From: Actinomycetes bacterium
Lineage (GTDB): Bacteria > Actinomycetota > Acidimicrobiia > Acidimicrobiales > JAMCPL01
NCBI GenBank assembly: GCA_021846515.1
Contig: JAJZWU010000002.1
Span: 40,033-104,032 of the forward strand
Direction of reading: 5' to 3'
Length of the DNA stretch: 64,000 bases
Below are positions 37,501 through 46,067 of the stretch, one piece after another (the stretch's first letter is position 1; each line of letters starts with the position of its first letter). The position numbers were made by a program, and so were the translations under genes. The notes under the pieces are model-generated. The model did no database searches. It was given only the letters and a program-made list of their open reading frames with translations, and had not been told where the DNA came from.

Positions 37501-38152
37501 GTACCTGGATAGGCAGTCGTTTCTCTGCTACGACCATTGCCCTTTTTGCTCCATTTATTGCAGCTTTGGCCTGGAGGATGTCGTAAACTGTCTCTATCAA
37601 GATTAAATCGACCCCACCCTCGATCAACGCTTCTGCCTGCGACTGGTAGAGGTCGCGTAAGGTTGCATATTGCACCTGGCCGAGTGTGGGTGATTTCGTG
37701 GTAGGGCCCATACCTCCTGCCACGTAGCGGTAGCGACCATCGGCGGATGCATTGTCTGCTACCTTTCTCGCGATTGTAGCTGAAGCAATGTTGATCTCTC
37801 TGGACTTGGATTCTATGGAGTATTCCGAGAGTACTATCTCATTTGCCCCAAAGGTGTTTGTCTCTATCACGTCTACGCCGACTTCGAGAAATCCCCTGTG
37901 TATCTCAGCGATTGCCTCGGGGTGGTAGAGAGAAATGGCCTCGTTGCATCCATCTAGTTGTCTACCTCCAAAGTCGGATGCGCTGAGACCTGCGAGCTGC
38001 AAATTGGTTCCCATCGCTCCGTCGTAAATAATAAGAGAATTGTGGGCAGATTCCATGTAGCTGCCGCCGCTTTTGCTCATTGGCAGCCGATCAAATGCAA
38101 GTATTGGGTTTTCCGGTATGTTTGATATTGAGATGTCGTTCTTGTCGTCCAT
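34586..38152 (-). CDS. metH: Cobalamin-dependent methionine synthase
   Basis: 1188 aa covering the Hcy-binding, pterin-binding, B12-binding (GDVHDIGKN) and AdoMet-activation domains. Confidence 0.95.
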   Translation of the reverse strand: MDDKNDISISNIPENPILAFDRLPMSKSGGSYMESAHNSLIIYDGAMGTNLQLAGLSASDFGGRQLDGCNEAISLYHPEAIAEIHRGFLEVGVDVIETNTFGANEIVLSEYSIESKSREINIASATIARKVADNASADGRYRYVAGGMGPTTKSPTLGQVQYATLRDLYQSQAEALIEGGVDLILIETVYDILQAKAAINGAKRAMVVAEKRLPIQVQVTVESTGRMLAGTEISAALNSLEALRPDVIGMNCATGPEEMGEHLRYLSQHSTVPISVQPNAGLPSIVDGKMHYDLTPEQLASHHLYFVQELGISIIGGCCGTTFDHLAEVVKTCRNISPATRRPVAEPGASSLYSHTTFHQETSFLSVGERTNANGSKKFREAMVDSNWDAVTAMASEQVTSGAHVIDVCVDYTGRDGTIDMEEVISRLATQCTVPIMVDTTEADVARTALEWLGGKAILNSVNLEDGDGPGTRLDKFLNLSREYGTAIVATCIDQRGQARTAEWKLDAAEQIVSLAKNRYGIHPSDIMIDPLTMPISTGMEESYRDGLETIDAIKLIKERIPEVYTIIGLSNISFGLNPASRHILNSIFLDECLKAGLDAAIVHAGNILPLSRIDEKAQQVCLDLIYDRRREDYDPLPTLIQMFENVTASNAQKEDRSDWPVTELLRMRIIEGDKDGLENDLERAMAEGLQPLEIINDHLLAGMKEVGDLFGAGKMQLPFVLQSAETMKRAVTHLEPKMPRIGESGKGRIVLATVKGDVHDIGKNLVDIILSNNGYKVINLGTKVSASEMINAYNEHNADAIGMSGLLVKSTLVMRDNLEELNSRNLEHIPVILGGAALTRTYVESDLRQVYKGRVFYGKDAFEGLHVMDKLASLRDGTPEDDLGDDFGRKISTRRMPTRKSSLKGDADSGVSSTNSGKSNVSPEERVFKPPFIGTRIAKGVPLDDFLPYLNKTSLYRNQWGFRPEDGENDQEFKKRVDAILREEIQKIRLKDILLPQAAWGYLPANSEGNTLIIYSDESCNKELTRFEFPRQKKEPYLCIADFFRSVDSGDLDYAAFQLVTMGPVVSEETADLFAGNNYNDYVRLHGLGVELTEAMAELWHKRIRDEWGFGDEDGPTLAGLFKQQYRGGRYSWGYPACPNLEDNAKAVSLLGGQRIGVSISESDQLHPEQTTVAIVCHHPQAKYFIA

Positions 38153-38376
38153 TACAATATATCATTGTAGTGTCCGGCGAGCAGCTATGCGGCAAGAAGG
38201 TATTCGTGGTTGTACGTTCTTAATATTCTCGTATAATCGAGTATAGTTTGTCGTACTTGCGGATTTGGCTTTGTAGCTGATGTGTTGCCATGTGTGACAG
38301 GAGCATGGCGGTAGGTAAAATGAGATTCGCCGAGTTTGTGTCAAGCGGACGCTGTGCTGGGCTAACATCATAGATA

Positions 38377-39087
38377 GTGAAAGAAGATAATCTTCAGGAT
38401 CCAGATGAGATGAAAGTCAAGTTTAGTAGCCTCCCCGACTCGAGTGGTGGCGCGCGTAATGTTGCAAGTATTACTACCAAGACCGGTGATGATGGGAGCA
38501 CGGGACTACTTTTTGGAGGTCGCGTACGCAAAGATGATCCCGTGATTGAGGCGGTCGGGGCATTGGATGAGGCTCAAGCCGCTATAGGGATGGCACGTGC
38601 ATATGGCAGGTCGATCGATAACAGTTCCGTTGAAGGCTCGGCGAATAATAGCCTGCTTGAAGGATCGGCGGATAAGGACAATAGGATGATCTCAGAGAAA
38701 TCGATAGATTCGATATTGGGGGAACTGGAGAGTGACCTGTGGATATTAATGGCTGAAGTTTCAGGGTCTCATAAGGGTACTGAGAAGTTGGTACCGGGAA
38801 AGACATGCGTTACTTACGAGATGGTTGATTGTCTGGGCAAGACAGGGGAGCACTTGTCTATGAAGCTGGATATGCCAAAGGGATTTGTCGTGCCAGGTGA
38901 AACCATGGAGGGTTCCCTGCTGGACAATGCCAGGGTGGTCGTCAGGCGAGCAGAACGAAGAGTTGCCGCACTATCTATGCCGGAATCCTCCTATGCAGGT
39001 CAGTACCTCAATCGCCTCTCTGATCTTCTGTGGATAATGGCCAGGTTGGCTGACGGCGAACCGCGCATGGTTCGTGGCGACCGGTGA
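38377..39087 (+). CDS. PduO-type ATP:cob(I)alamin adenosyltransferase
   Basis: TKTGDDGSTGL...DDPVIEAVGALDE motif with a GTG start. Carries an internal insertion built from a 27-nt in-frame duplication. Confidence 0.75.
   Translation: MKEDNLQDPDEMKVKFSSLPDSSGGARNVASITTKTGDDGSTGLLFGGRVRKDDPVIEAVGALDEAQAAIGMARAYGRSIDNSSVEGSANNSLLEGSADKDNRMISEKSIDSILGELESDLWILMAEVSGSHKGTEKLVPGKTCVTYEMVDCLGKTGEHLSMKLDMPKGFVVPGETMEGSLLDNARVVVRRAERRVAALSMPESSYAGQYLNRLSDLLWIMARLADGEPRMVRGDR
38629..38675. repeat. In-frame 27-nt duplication inside the adenosyltransferase gene
   Basis: GTTGAAGGCTCGGCGAATAA versus CTTGAAGGATCGGCGGATAA (17/20 nt). Encodes VEGSANN / LEGSADK. Confidence 0.7.
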
Positions 39088-39167
39088 GTTGGGCTGGAAA
39101 CGGTTGTGATGCCGAGTAGGTTTGGTTGCGACGGTGGCGCGATACAGGGCAGATTTTCAGGTAGACA

Positions 39168-39458
39168 ATGAGTCCGGCACGCGCATCTGATGAGGAACGC
39201 CAGTGGTTTGTCGAACTGCTGGAGCGCCATTTTGTAGAGGGGAGGCTTGACCATGAAGAACTTACTTCGCGACTCGAGCGAGCAGTAAATGCACAGACTC
39301 TTGAAGAGTTGTATGCGCTCATATCTGACCTTCCTCATTTATCTACAGTAGCTATGCCGTACGATACGAGCAGTAGCCGATCTCCTCATTCTATGACTCT
39401 TACGGTAGGGCGCTGGATAACTTGGTGGCGGCGGAGATCCGGCAGGCATTCGTCATGA
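39168..39458 (+). CDS. DUF1707 domain protein
   Basis: 96 aa. RASDEERQWFVELLERHFVEGRLDHEELTSRLERAVNAQTLEELYALISDLP matches the DUF1707 pattern. Confidence 0.7.
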   Translation: MSPARASDEERQWFVELLERHFVEGRLDHEELTSRLERAVNAQTLEELYALISDLPHLSTVAMPYDTSSSRSPHSMTLTVGRWITWWRRRSGRHSS

Positions 39459-40255
39459 ACACTGAGTTAGCAGGTATAACTGAATCTGCACATTCGCGGC
39501 GAGCTTTACTGTTGTGCGGGCTGGATTCAAGTATAGCCGTGCTCAATGCACTTGCTGTTACATTGGGCAACGAGCCGGGATGGGTTGTTACATCGGCCGG
39601 TGTAAGCTTACAGAGTAATAGCTATCAAGAGTTCGCCTTTCCGGTAGATGATGCTGCACCTACCGATTTTGACATAGCGTTGCAGGGTTGTATCAATACT
39701 GTTCCGAGTTTGGTAGAGAACCTGGCAGCATCTTCGGGGTGCCGTAATGTATGGATATGCGGATTTGGCATCATGGCAACTGCCGTTATGCTTGCCCTGT
39801 CAGGTGGTTCATTGGGCATCTTTGGTTCTTCTTTGGATACGTCGAAAGATGGCGTGGAGGTTGCCGGACTTGCATGTGTGGGAATGGAGGTACCGGTCGG
39901 TAACGGAGAAGTTCCCGAGAAAGCGTATGGGGCAGTATCAGAGGAAGCGGCCAACGATCGCGGAAAACCAGGACTTAGTCATGAGGGGACAGGTAAACTA
40001 GAGGGGTATAATTTGTCACTGGGAGACTATATTATAGAGGCTGTTGAGTCGATCAATGCCTTAAGTTCCCTGATGGTTATTCATGGCCTGGAAGATAAGA
40101 TTACCCCTCCCAATTATGCCCGTAGAGCAGTAAGTTCCTGCAGATCAGCTAAGGCCGATTCGCTCAGATTGCTGGGTGGCGCCGGACATGATCTCTATGC
40201 AGATCCCAGGGTAGTTGCATTACTGATAGGTTGGATGGACAGGACTCCGCTATGA
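39455..40255 (+). CDS. Alpha/beta-hydrolase-fold-like protein, nucleophile apparently missing
   Basis: C-terminal VIHGLEDKITP and GAGHDLY look like the Asp and His motifs. The expected GxSxG position reads GFGIM. The ATG overlaps the upstream stop (ATGA). Confidence 0.45.
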   Translation: MNTELAGITESAHSRRALLLCGLDSSIAVLNALAVTLGNEPGWVVTSAGVSLQSNSYQEFAFPVDDAAPTDFDIALQGCINTVPSLVENLAASSGCRNVWICGFGIMATAVMLALSGGSLGIFGSSLDTSKDGVEVAGLACVGMEVPVGNGEVPEKAYGAVSEEAANDRGKPGLSHEGTGKLEGYNLSLGDYIIEAVESINALSSLMVIHGLEDKITPPNYARRAVSSCRSAKADSLRLLGGAGHDLYADPRVVALLIGWMDRTPL

Positions 40256-41418
40256 GGAAACTGAGGGTTTCTTTTGATGCCGGTGCAATTCCACCTCAGC
40301 CTACCGGCGTTGGCAGATACGCGTTTAGTATTGCCAATGCTTTGTCCGGAAGGGATGATATTGAATTGTCTATATTATGCCGGAATGGTGACTACTCGCG
40401 GTGGAAGGATGCGGTTCCTGTGTCTTCGGTGAGGCGGATGTTTCCAGATTCCAGACCAGGGAGGGTCGTAGTTGAGCAACTTTTGCTTGGAAAGAAACTG
40501 GGTAAAATGGGAGTCAATTTACATCATGGTCCTCATTACACGATGCCCGCTCGTGCTGCAGTACCTGTAGTTGTGACAATACATGACTTGACTTTCATAG
40601 AGAATCCACAGTGGCACGAGCCATTCAAAGTGCCCTTTTTCCGTATGGCGATAAAAAAAGCCGTGAGCGCAGCAAGCGCCATTATTTGTGTAAGTGAAAG
40701 AACAGCTGTCAGTTTGAATACTCATTTTACACCGCAGTGCCCTGTAGTTGTGGCGCATCACGGTATAGATGGGACGCTGTTCAATGACATAGAGCCGAGT
40801 GTGGGCTACGATGACCTGGTGCTTGATTCTTTCGGTATATCGCGTCCATATATAGTATTTCTGGGTACATTGGAACCCCGTAAGTCTGTCCCTATGCTGA
40901 TTGAGGCGTTTAATATTCTAGCCAGGGAGGATTCCGAGCTGCGTCTGGTTATAGCCGGCAGGCAGGGCTGGGCGATGAGTTCGGTTATGGATGCCCTTGA
41001 TAGTTCGGTTGACCCATCAAGGATTCATATGCTTGGGTACGTACCGGACGAGAAACTGCCATCTCTGCTCAGACAGGCAGCGGTATGTGCCTATCCCGCG
41101 CTGGAGGAGGGTTTTGGCCTCCCCGCACTGGAGGCTATGGCGTGCGGTACTGCTCTGGTGACCACGCCTAATGTACCTGCCATAGAACTTGCTCCTGAGG
41201 TGCCCTGGATCGTAGATAGTAGAGACGATGCGTCGGTAGGGGAGGGAGAGAGGCTTGCAGCTGCTGTTCGTAATGCTCTGAGCGACAGCGAGCAGAGGAC
41301 GGGCAAAATCAAGAAAGGACTTGTCAGCGCACAGGAATGGACATGGGAGCAGAGCGCTTCGAAGCATGTGAGTGCATACAGAATGGCTCTTGGACTTGCT
41401 GGAGAGAGAACACAATGA
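40252..41418 (+). CDS. Glycosyltransferase family 4 (GT-B, PimB-like)
   Basis: EGFGLPALEAMACGTALVTT motif. ATGA overlap with the upstream gene. Confidence 0.8.
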   Translation: MRKLRVSFDAGAIPPQPTGVGRYAFSIANALSGRDDIELSILCRNGDYSRWKDAVPVSSVRRMFPDSRPGRVVVEQLLLGKKLGKMGVNLHHGPHYTMPARAAVPVVVTIHDLTFIENPQWHEPFKVPFFRMAIKKAVSAASAIICVSERTAVSLNTHFTPQCPVVVAHHGIDGTLFNDIEPSVGYDDLVLDSFGISRPYIVFLGTLEPRKSVPMLIEAFNILAREDSELRLVIAGRQGWAMSSVMDALDSSVDPSRIHMLGYVPDEKLPSLLRQAAVCAYPALEEGFGLPALEAMACGTALVTTPNVPAIELAPEVPWIVDSRDDASVGEGERLAAAVRNALSDSEQRTGKIKKGLVSAQEWTWEQSASKHVSAYRMALGLAGERTQ

Positions 41419-42308
41419 GATCATTTATAACTGGCGGATACGGATTTGTCGGTCGATGGATGGTATCGCTTTTGGAGAGCCAGGGCGATGATGTGCGCTT
41501 GCTAAGTAAGGGTACAGACATAAGGGACTTTGATTCACTCGCCGGCGAATTGATCGCCCATGAGCCAGATGTGATATATCATTTCGCTGGCTTTACTCAT
41601 GTGGGACTCTCATGGGAACAGCCGAGAGATGCTATCGAGATCAATGCTATTGGCGCCTTGAATGTTCTGGAGGCTGCCCGTAAATGCAATAATTCGCCGA
41701 GAATACTACTGCCGAGTTCTGCGGAGATTTATGGTACAGTCGACGAAGCGGATCTGCCCCTTGGCGAAAGTTCAGCAATAAGACCAATGACCCCGTATGC
41801 TGTAAGCAAGGTAACAGTAGAGTACCTTGGCCTTCAGTCATATATGGCTTACGGGTTGGACGTCGTTATGGCCAGACCATTTAACCATATAGGCCCCGGA
41901 CAACCGTCATCGTTTTTTGTACCGGCACTGGCAGAGAGGATTTTGAATGCACAAAAGGTGGGTGGGCACTCAGTATCGGTAGGCAATTTATCCAGCAGGA
42001 GGGATCTTACTGACGTAAGAGACGTTGTAAGGGCATACAGGATGCTTGCCGGTAGCGGAAAAGCAGGTGAAATATATAATGTTTGCACCGGAGAGGATGT
42101 ATCTATGGCCCAGGTGGCTGAGTCGATGGCGGAGATTGCCAATGTGGAGATAGAGTTCGTGCCGGATCCGTCACTTATGAGACCGGTGGACATCCCTGTT
42201 CTTAGAGGAGATCCTCAGAAGTTAAAAATGGCAACAGATTGGGCTCCGCAGTACAGCTTGAGAGAGACGTTGGCAGACGTGCTGGACGAACGAAGATCGA
42301 TTTTATGA
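41415..42308 (+). CDS. NAD-dependent sugar epimerase/dehydratase/reductase (GDP-sugar reductase-like)
   Basis: ITGGYGFVGRW Rossmann motif and YAVSK (YxxxK). ATGA overlap with the upstream gene. Confidence 0.8.
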   Translation: MRSFITGGYGFVGRWMVSLLESQGDDVRLLSKGTDIRDFDSLAGELIAHEPDVIYHFAGFTHVGLSWEQPRDAIEINAIGALNVLEAARKCNNSPRILLPSSAEIYGTVDEADLPLGESSAIRPMTPYAVSKVTVEYLGLQSYMAYGLDVVMARPFNHIGPGQPSSFFVPALAERILNAQKVGGHSVSVGNLSSRRDLTDVRDVVRAYRMLAGSGKAGEIYNVCTGEDVSMAQVAESMAEIANVEIEFVPDPSLMRPVDIPVLRGDPQKLKMATDWAPQYSLRETLADVLDERRSIL

Positions 42309-42348
42309 AATGCCATAAACTGTTGCCGGTCGAGCGGGATGGCGTTCA

Positions 42349-42768
42349 ATGAGCGTAGATGTCAATGGGCAGTCTGGTAGTACCGTTAATCGGACATTAT
42401 TGGGGAAACTTGGAGAGCGCCAGACAGTACTTGCGTACAGGCGCAAGGGTTACAGCATTCTCTCTACAAATTGGCGAAGCAATAGAAGCGGTGTACGTGG
42501 CGAGATAGACATTGTTGCGTCCAAGGGTGACACTCTTGTCTTCTGTGAGGTAAAGACGCGTGCTCAGGATAGGTACGGGGAGCCGGAAGAGGCAGTTACG
42601 GCAGTCAAGCAGGCAAGGCTGAGGAGACTTGCGGGCGAGTGGCTCAATGAGCATCGTACAGATGGCTCTTTGGATGGCCATTTGAGGGAAATTCGCTTCG
42701 ATGTATCTGCGGTTGTGCTTGGAGAAGACGGCCACCTGTCTGCTCGGCTCATCAGGGATGCCTTTTGA
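42349..42768 (+). CDS. yraN: YraN family (UPF0102) endonuclease-like protein
   Basis: 139 aa. GEIDIVASKGDTLVFCEVKTR is typical of the family. Confidence 0.8.
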   Translation: MSVDVNGQSGSTVNRTLLGKLGERQTVLAYRRKGYSILSTNWRSNRSGVRGEIDIVASKGDTLVFCEVKTRAQDRYGEPEEAVTAVKQARLRRLAGEWLNEHRTDGSLDGHLREIRFDVSAVVLGEDGHLSARLIRDAF

Positions 42769-42840
42769 TTCTGCGGTAGCCGAGTATCAGCTCCAATCAA
42801 CCATATTCGACTGGTCCATGTCTCCCATTGCCTCTCATTG

Positions 42841-42869
42841 TGCACAAAACGTGTGCCTGCTATTATAAT
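42841..42869 (+). promoter_or_regulatory. Candidate promoter giving a leaderless or near-leaderless def transcript
   Basis: TGCACA (42841-42846), a 17-nt spacer, then TATAAT (42864-42869). The first ATG lies at 42879, about 10 nt after the -10 element. Confidence 0.4.
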
Positions 42870-42878
42870 TTTAAGTAT

Positions 42879-43436
42879 ATGGACACTATGACGATTAGAA
42901 CTTACGGAGACGCAGTGCTCCGTAAGAGGGCAACGGAGGTATCTGATATCAATGGACGTTTGGCGGAATTGGTCAACGTTATGTTCGATACGATGCATAA
43001 CGCTCCGGGCGTAGGGCTTGCCGCTCCGCAGGTTGGTATATCAAAGCGGTTGTTTACTTATGATATAGGTGATGCTTCCGATGGCGACGTTGTTCCTGGT
43101 GATGCGATTCAGGGCGTCATTATAAACCCAACTATCGTAGAGTCACGGGGTGAATGGATATACGAAGAAGGATGCCTCTCTGTTCCCGGATTTTCATGGC
43201 AGATTACTCGCCCAAAGGAGGTTCACCTGAAGGGATACAACCTGGATGGTGAGGAGATATACATTGAGGCGGATGAACTGTTTGCCAGAGTATTGTTGCA
43301 TGAGATTGATCATCTTGATGGAGTGCTACTCGTAGATCGCCTCGATAAAGATGAGCGCAAGCAAGCGTTAAAGGCTCTACGGGAGAGTGCGTTTCCCTCA
43401 GGCAACCTCAATAAAAGCACGACTCCAGAGCTGTAA
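42879..43436 (+). CDS. def: Peptide deformylase
   Basis: GVGLAAPQ, EGCLSVPG and HEIDHLDG motifs. The start is ATG 42879 or 42888; the track ORF opens at 42828. Confidence 0.9.
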   Translation: MDTMTIRTYGDAVLRKRATEVSDINGRLAELVNVMFDTMHNAPGVGLAAPQVGISKRLFTYDIGDASDGDVVPGDAIQGVIINPTIVESRGEWIYEEGCLSVPGFSWQITRPKEVHLKGYNLDGEEIYIEADELFARVLLHEIDHLDGVLLVDRLDKDERKQALKALRESAFPSGNLNKSTTPEL

Positions 43437-43527
43437 CCTTGGAAAGTATGTAGCGGTTCCTTTGGATAGAATCGGATATATTATACTTATATTTGGCGAA
43501 AGCGGCCGAAGTGGACGTGTTGGTTGG

Positions 43528-43740
43528 TTAGGCTCTTTTTCTCTTGGAATGTACAAATAGCCGTAGCACAAGCGCTACCAGAGCGACTACGACAAGCACC
43601 TTCACACCAAAGAGGAGAATACCTGCCAGAGCATTTACTATCCAGAGTACCGCTGCCACCGCTACGATTACCCCACCTCCAATCAGGACGACATCTAAGG
43701 CTGCATGTTTTTTTGCCGGTTGTATTTCGTTGGTCGACAT
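43528..43740 (-). CDS. Small two-TM membrane protein (hypothetical)
   Basis: 70 aa with two clear hydrophobic helices and a KRKRA tail. Fills the def-fmt spacer on the opposite strand. Confidence 0.45.
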   Translation of the reverse strand: MSTNEIQPAKKHAALDVVLIGGGVIVAVAAVLWIVNALAGILLFGVKVLVVVALVALVLRLFVHSKRKRA

Positions 43741-43885
43741 ATTGACTCCTTTTCTTTGTCCACCCCTATTCTACACCGCGGCTCACATAAGATGGTGGCG
43801 CGGAACTTGCAACTTGGACGAGATGCCTACGTGAGTCGATCCTGCTGTCGAAATACGCATAATATAGTGAGACGAGAGATGAAGT

Positions 43886-44941
43886 ATGACTAAGAAAAGA
43901 GAGGTACCCCCGAACCCTGGCGCTGGAGGGGGTGTCACGCGTATTGCATTCCTGGGAAGTCCCGAAGCTGCCGTACCATCTCTCAATGCCCTGGTAGAGG
44001 CGGGTCATGAGGTTGCTCTGGTAGTTACCCGCGAAGATAAACGCCGCGGACGAGGAAATTCAGTAGCCCCCACTCCCGTCAAGTCCGCTGCGGTAGAGTT
44101 TGGGATACCCGTGAGCCATTCGTTGGGTGACGTCATGAAGGCAAGGGCGGATCTGGCTGTAGTTGTGGCTTACGGTCGTATTATCCCAGCAGCGCTATTA
44201 ACCGATATCCCCTTTTTAAACATTCATTTTTCATTGCTTCCCCGTTGGCGAGGTGCTGCCCCGGTAGAGAGAGCCATTCTTGCAGGAGATACTGTTACTG
44301 GAGTATGCGTTATGAAGCTGGACGAAGGTCTTGACACTGGACCTGTATATGCCTGTAGGCAAATATCTCTAAATGATACGATTACTCGTTCTGAGCTTAC
44401 AGATCAGCTTGCTCAGGTGGGAGCACAGCTGCTGGTGGATCTTCTGGCTGGGGGGGTAGGGGGATTACCGGAGCCGGTAGGGCAGACAGGAGAACCTGTC
44501 TATGCCGCCAAGATTGAATCTGATGATTTGAGGATAGATTGGGGTAGTGGGATTGAAGAGATAAAAAGGAAAGTACGTTTAGAGCGGGCATGGACGATGT
44601 TTCGAGGTAAGAGACTCATCATAGGAGAGGTTGCGAATAGCATTGATCAGCCTGCAGGAGACAGGTTGTCCGATCAGGTCGGAACGGGCCAGGTAGATAT
44701 AGATCAGGTTGGAACTACGTCCGGCGACAACAATGGCAAGAGACATGCAAACATGCTACGGAGCGCTCCTCCAGTGGAAACCGCTGGGGCACTAACTATA
44801 ATTGGCCATACTCCTGTAGTACGTTGTGGCGATGGTGCAATAGCAATACGAACGGTGCAGCCTGAGGGCCATACTAAGATGACAGGTGAGGAATGGGCAA
44901 GAGGAGTAAGGATAAGAGAGGCTGAGAAATTTGATCAGTAA
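43886..44941 (+). CDS. fmt: Methionyl-tRNA formyltransferase
   Basis: HFSLLPRWRGAAPVERAI motif. A C-terminal-domain insertion of about 50 aa contains a 30-nt in-frame repeat. Confidence 0.9.
   Translation: MTKKREVPPNPGAGGGVTRIAFLGSPEAAVPSLNALVEAGHEVALVVTREDKRRGRGNSVAPTPVKSAAVEFGIPVSHSLGDVMKARADLAVVVAYGRIIPAALLTDIPFLNIHFSLLPRWRGAAPVERAILAGDTVTGVCVMKLDEGLDTGPVYACRQISLNDTITRSELTDQLAQVGAQLLVDLLAGGVGGLPEPVGQTGEPVYAAKIESDDLRIDWGSGIEEIKRKVRLERAWTMFRGKRLIIGEVANSIDQPAGDRLSDQVGTGQVDIDQVGTTSGDNNGKRHANMLRSAPPVETAGALTIIGHTPVVRCGDGAIAIRTVQPEGHTKMTGEEWARGVRIREAEKFDQ
44672..44715. repeat. In-frame 30-nt duplication inside fmt
   Basis: GATCAGGTCGGAAC (44672-44685) versus GATCAGGTTGGAAC (44702-44715). Encodes DQVGT twice. 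Confidence 0.75.
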
Positions 44942-44998
44942 AGCACGTAATACGAGTTATTGCCTCAATTATAGCAGAAGAGTGAGGGGAGTCTATAG

Positions 44999-45670
44999 AT
45001 GAGAGAGCTACAGCTTGCTCCCTCTGTGCTATCTGCCGACTTTGCCTCTCTCGGTGACGCCGTACGTTCGGTACAGGAGCAGGCCAGTTGGATTCACGCC
45101 GATATCATGGATGGTCATTTTGTCCCCACTCTTACCATGGGTCCCCTCACGGTCAAAGCGCTGGCTGCAGTTACTGACGTTCCTGTTGAATGCCACTTAA
45201 TGGTCACCAATCCGTGGGATTTAATCGAGCAGTTTGTGCAGTCTGGGGCTGCTCGCTGTACCGTACATGTCGAAGTTGGCCGTGTCACAGAGATTATCGA
45301 GAGGGCCAGATATCTTGGTATTGGAATCGGTGTGGCATTAAACCCAGAGACCCCTGTATCAGAAGTATTGCCCTACCTGGAGCTAGTCGATGTAATACTT
45401 GTTATGACTGTTCATCCTGGTTTTGGCGGTCAGAAATTTATTTCCGAGGTAGTTCCCAAGATAACTGAGATATCGGAGTATATTCGCAAGAACTCCCTGA
45501 GTGTGGATATAGAGGCAGATGGGGGTATCGGACCTGAAACAGTTGCTCAGGTGGTAGATGCGGGCGCCAACGTGCTTGTAGCCGGATCGGCCATCTTCTC
45601 TGCTGGCGCCTCTCCCCCAGATGCTAGTAAAAAATTGCTTCAAGTAGCCGGTGAAGTATTTTTAAGCTAG
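44999..45670 (+). CDS. rpe: Ribulose-phosphate 3-epimerase
   Basis: 223 aa with APSVLSADF, HADIMDGHFVP and MTVHPGFGGQKF motifs. Confidence 0.95.
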   Translation: MRELQLAPSVLSADFASLGDAVRSVQEQASWIHADIMDGHFVPTLTMGPLTVKALAAVTDVPVECHLMVTNPWDLIEQFVQSGAARCTVHVEVGRVTEIIERARYLGIGIGVALNPETPVSEVLPYLELVDVILVMTVHPGFGGQKFISEVVPKITEISEYIRKNSLSVDIEADGGIGPETVAQVVDAGANVLVAGSAIFSAGASPPDASKKLLQVAGEVFLS

Positions 45671-45680
45671 ACTGAGGCCT

Positions 45681-46067
45681 ATGGAAACCCCCGAAAATTT
45701 ACGTTATACCAATGAACATGAATGGGTGTACCTTGATGGTATGTCCGTCAAAGTAGGGATTACCGACTACGCTCAAGATGCGCTCGGCGATGTCGTATAT
45801 GTGGATCTACCCGATCTGGGAAAGATATTCTCGCCTGGAGATGTATTTGGCGAGATTGAATCGACCAAGTCTGTTTCTGAATTGTATGCTCCAATGAGCG
45901 GTAAGGTAGTGGAGATTAATACAGAATTGGAAGATCATCCCGAACTTGTCAATAGTGACCCTTATGGCCAGGGGTGGTTGTGTGTCTTTGAGGCAACTAA
46001 TCCATCTGACTATGATAGTCTTTTGGATGCCGCCGGGTATCGGGCTGCAATCTCAACCGAGCAATGA
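45681..46067 (+). CDS. gcvH: Glycine cleavage system H protein
   Basis: 128 aa with YTNEHEW and the lipoyl-lysine motif EIESTKSVSELYAP. Confidence 0.95.
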   Translation: METPENLRYTNEHEWVYLDGMSVKVGITDYAQDALGDVVYVDLPDLGKIFSPGDVFGEIESTKSVSELYAPMSGKVVEINTELEDHPELVNSDPYGQGWLCVFEATNPSDYDSLLDAAGYRAAISTEQ

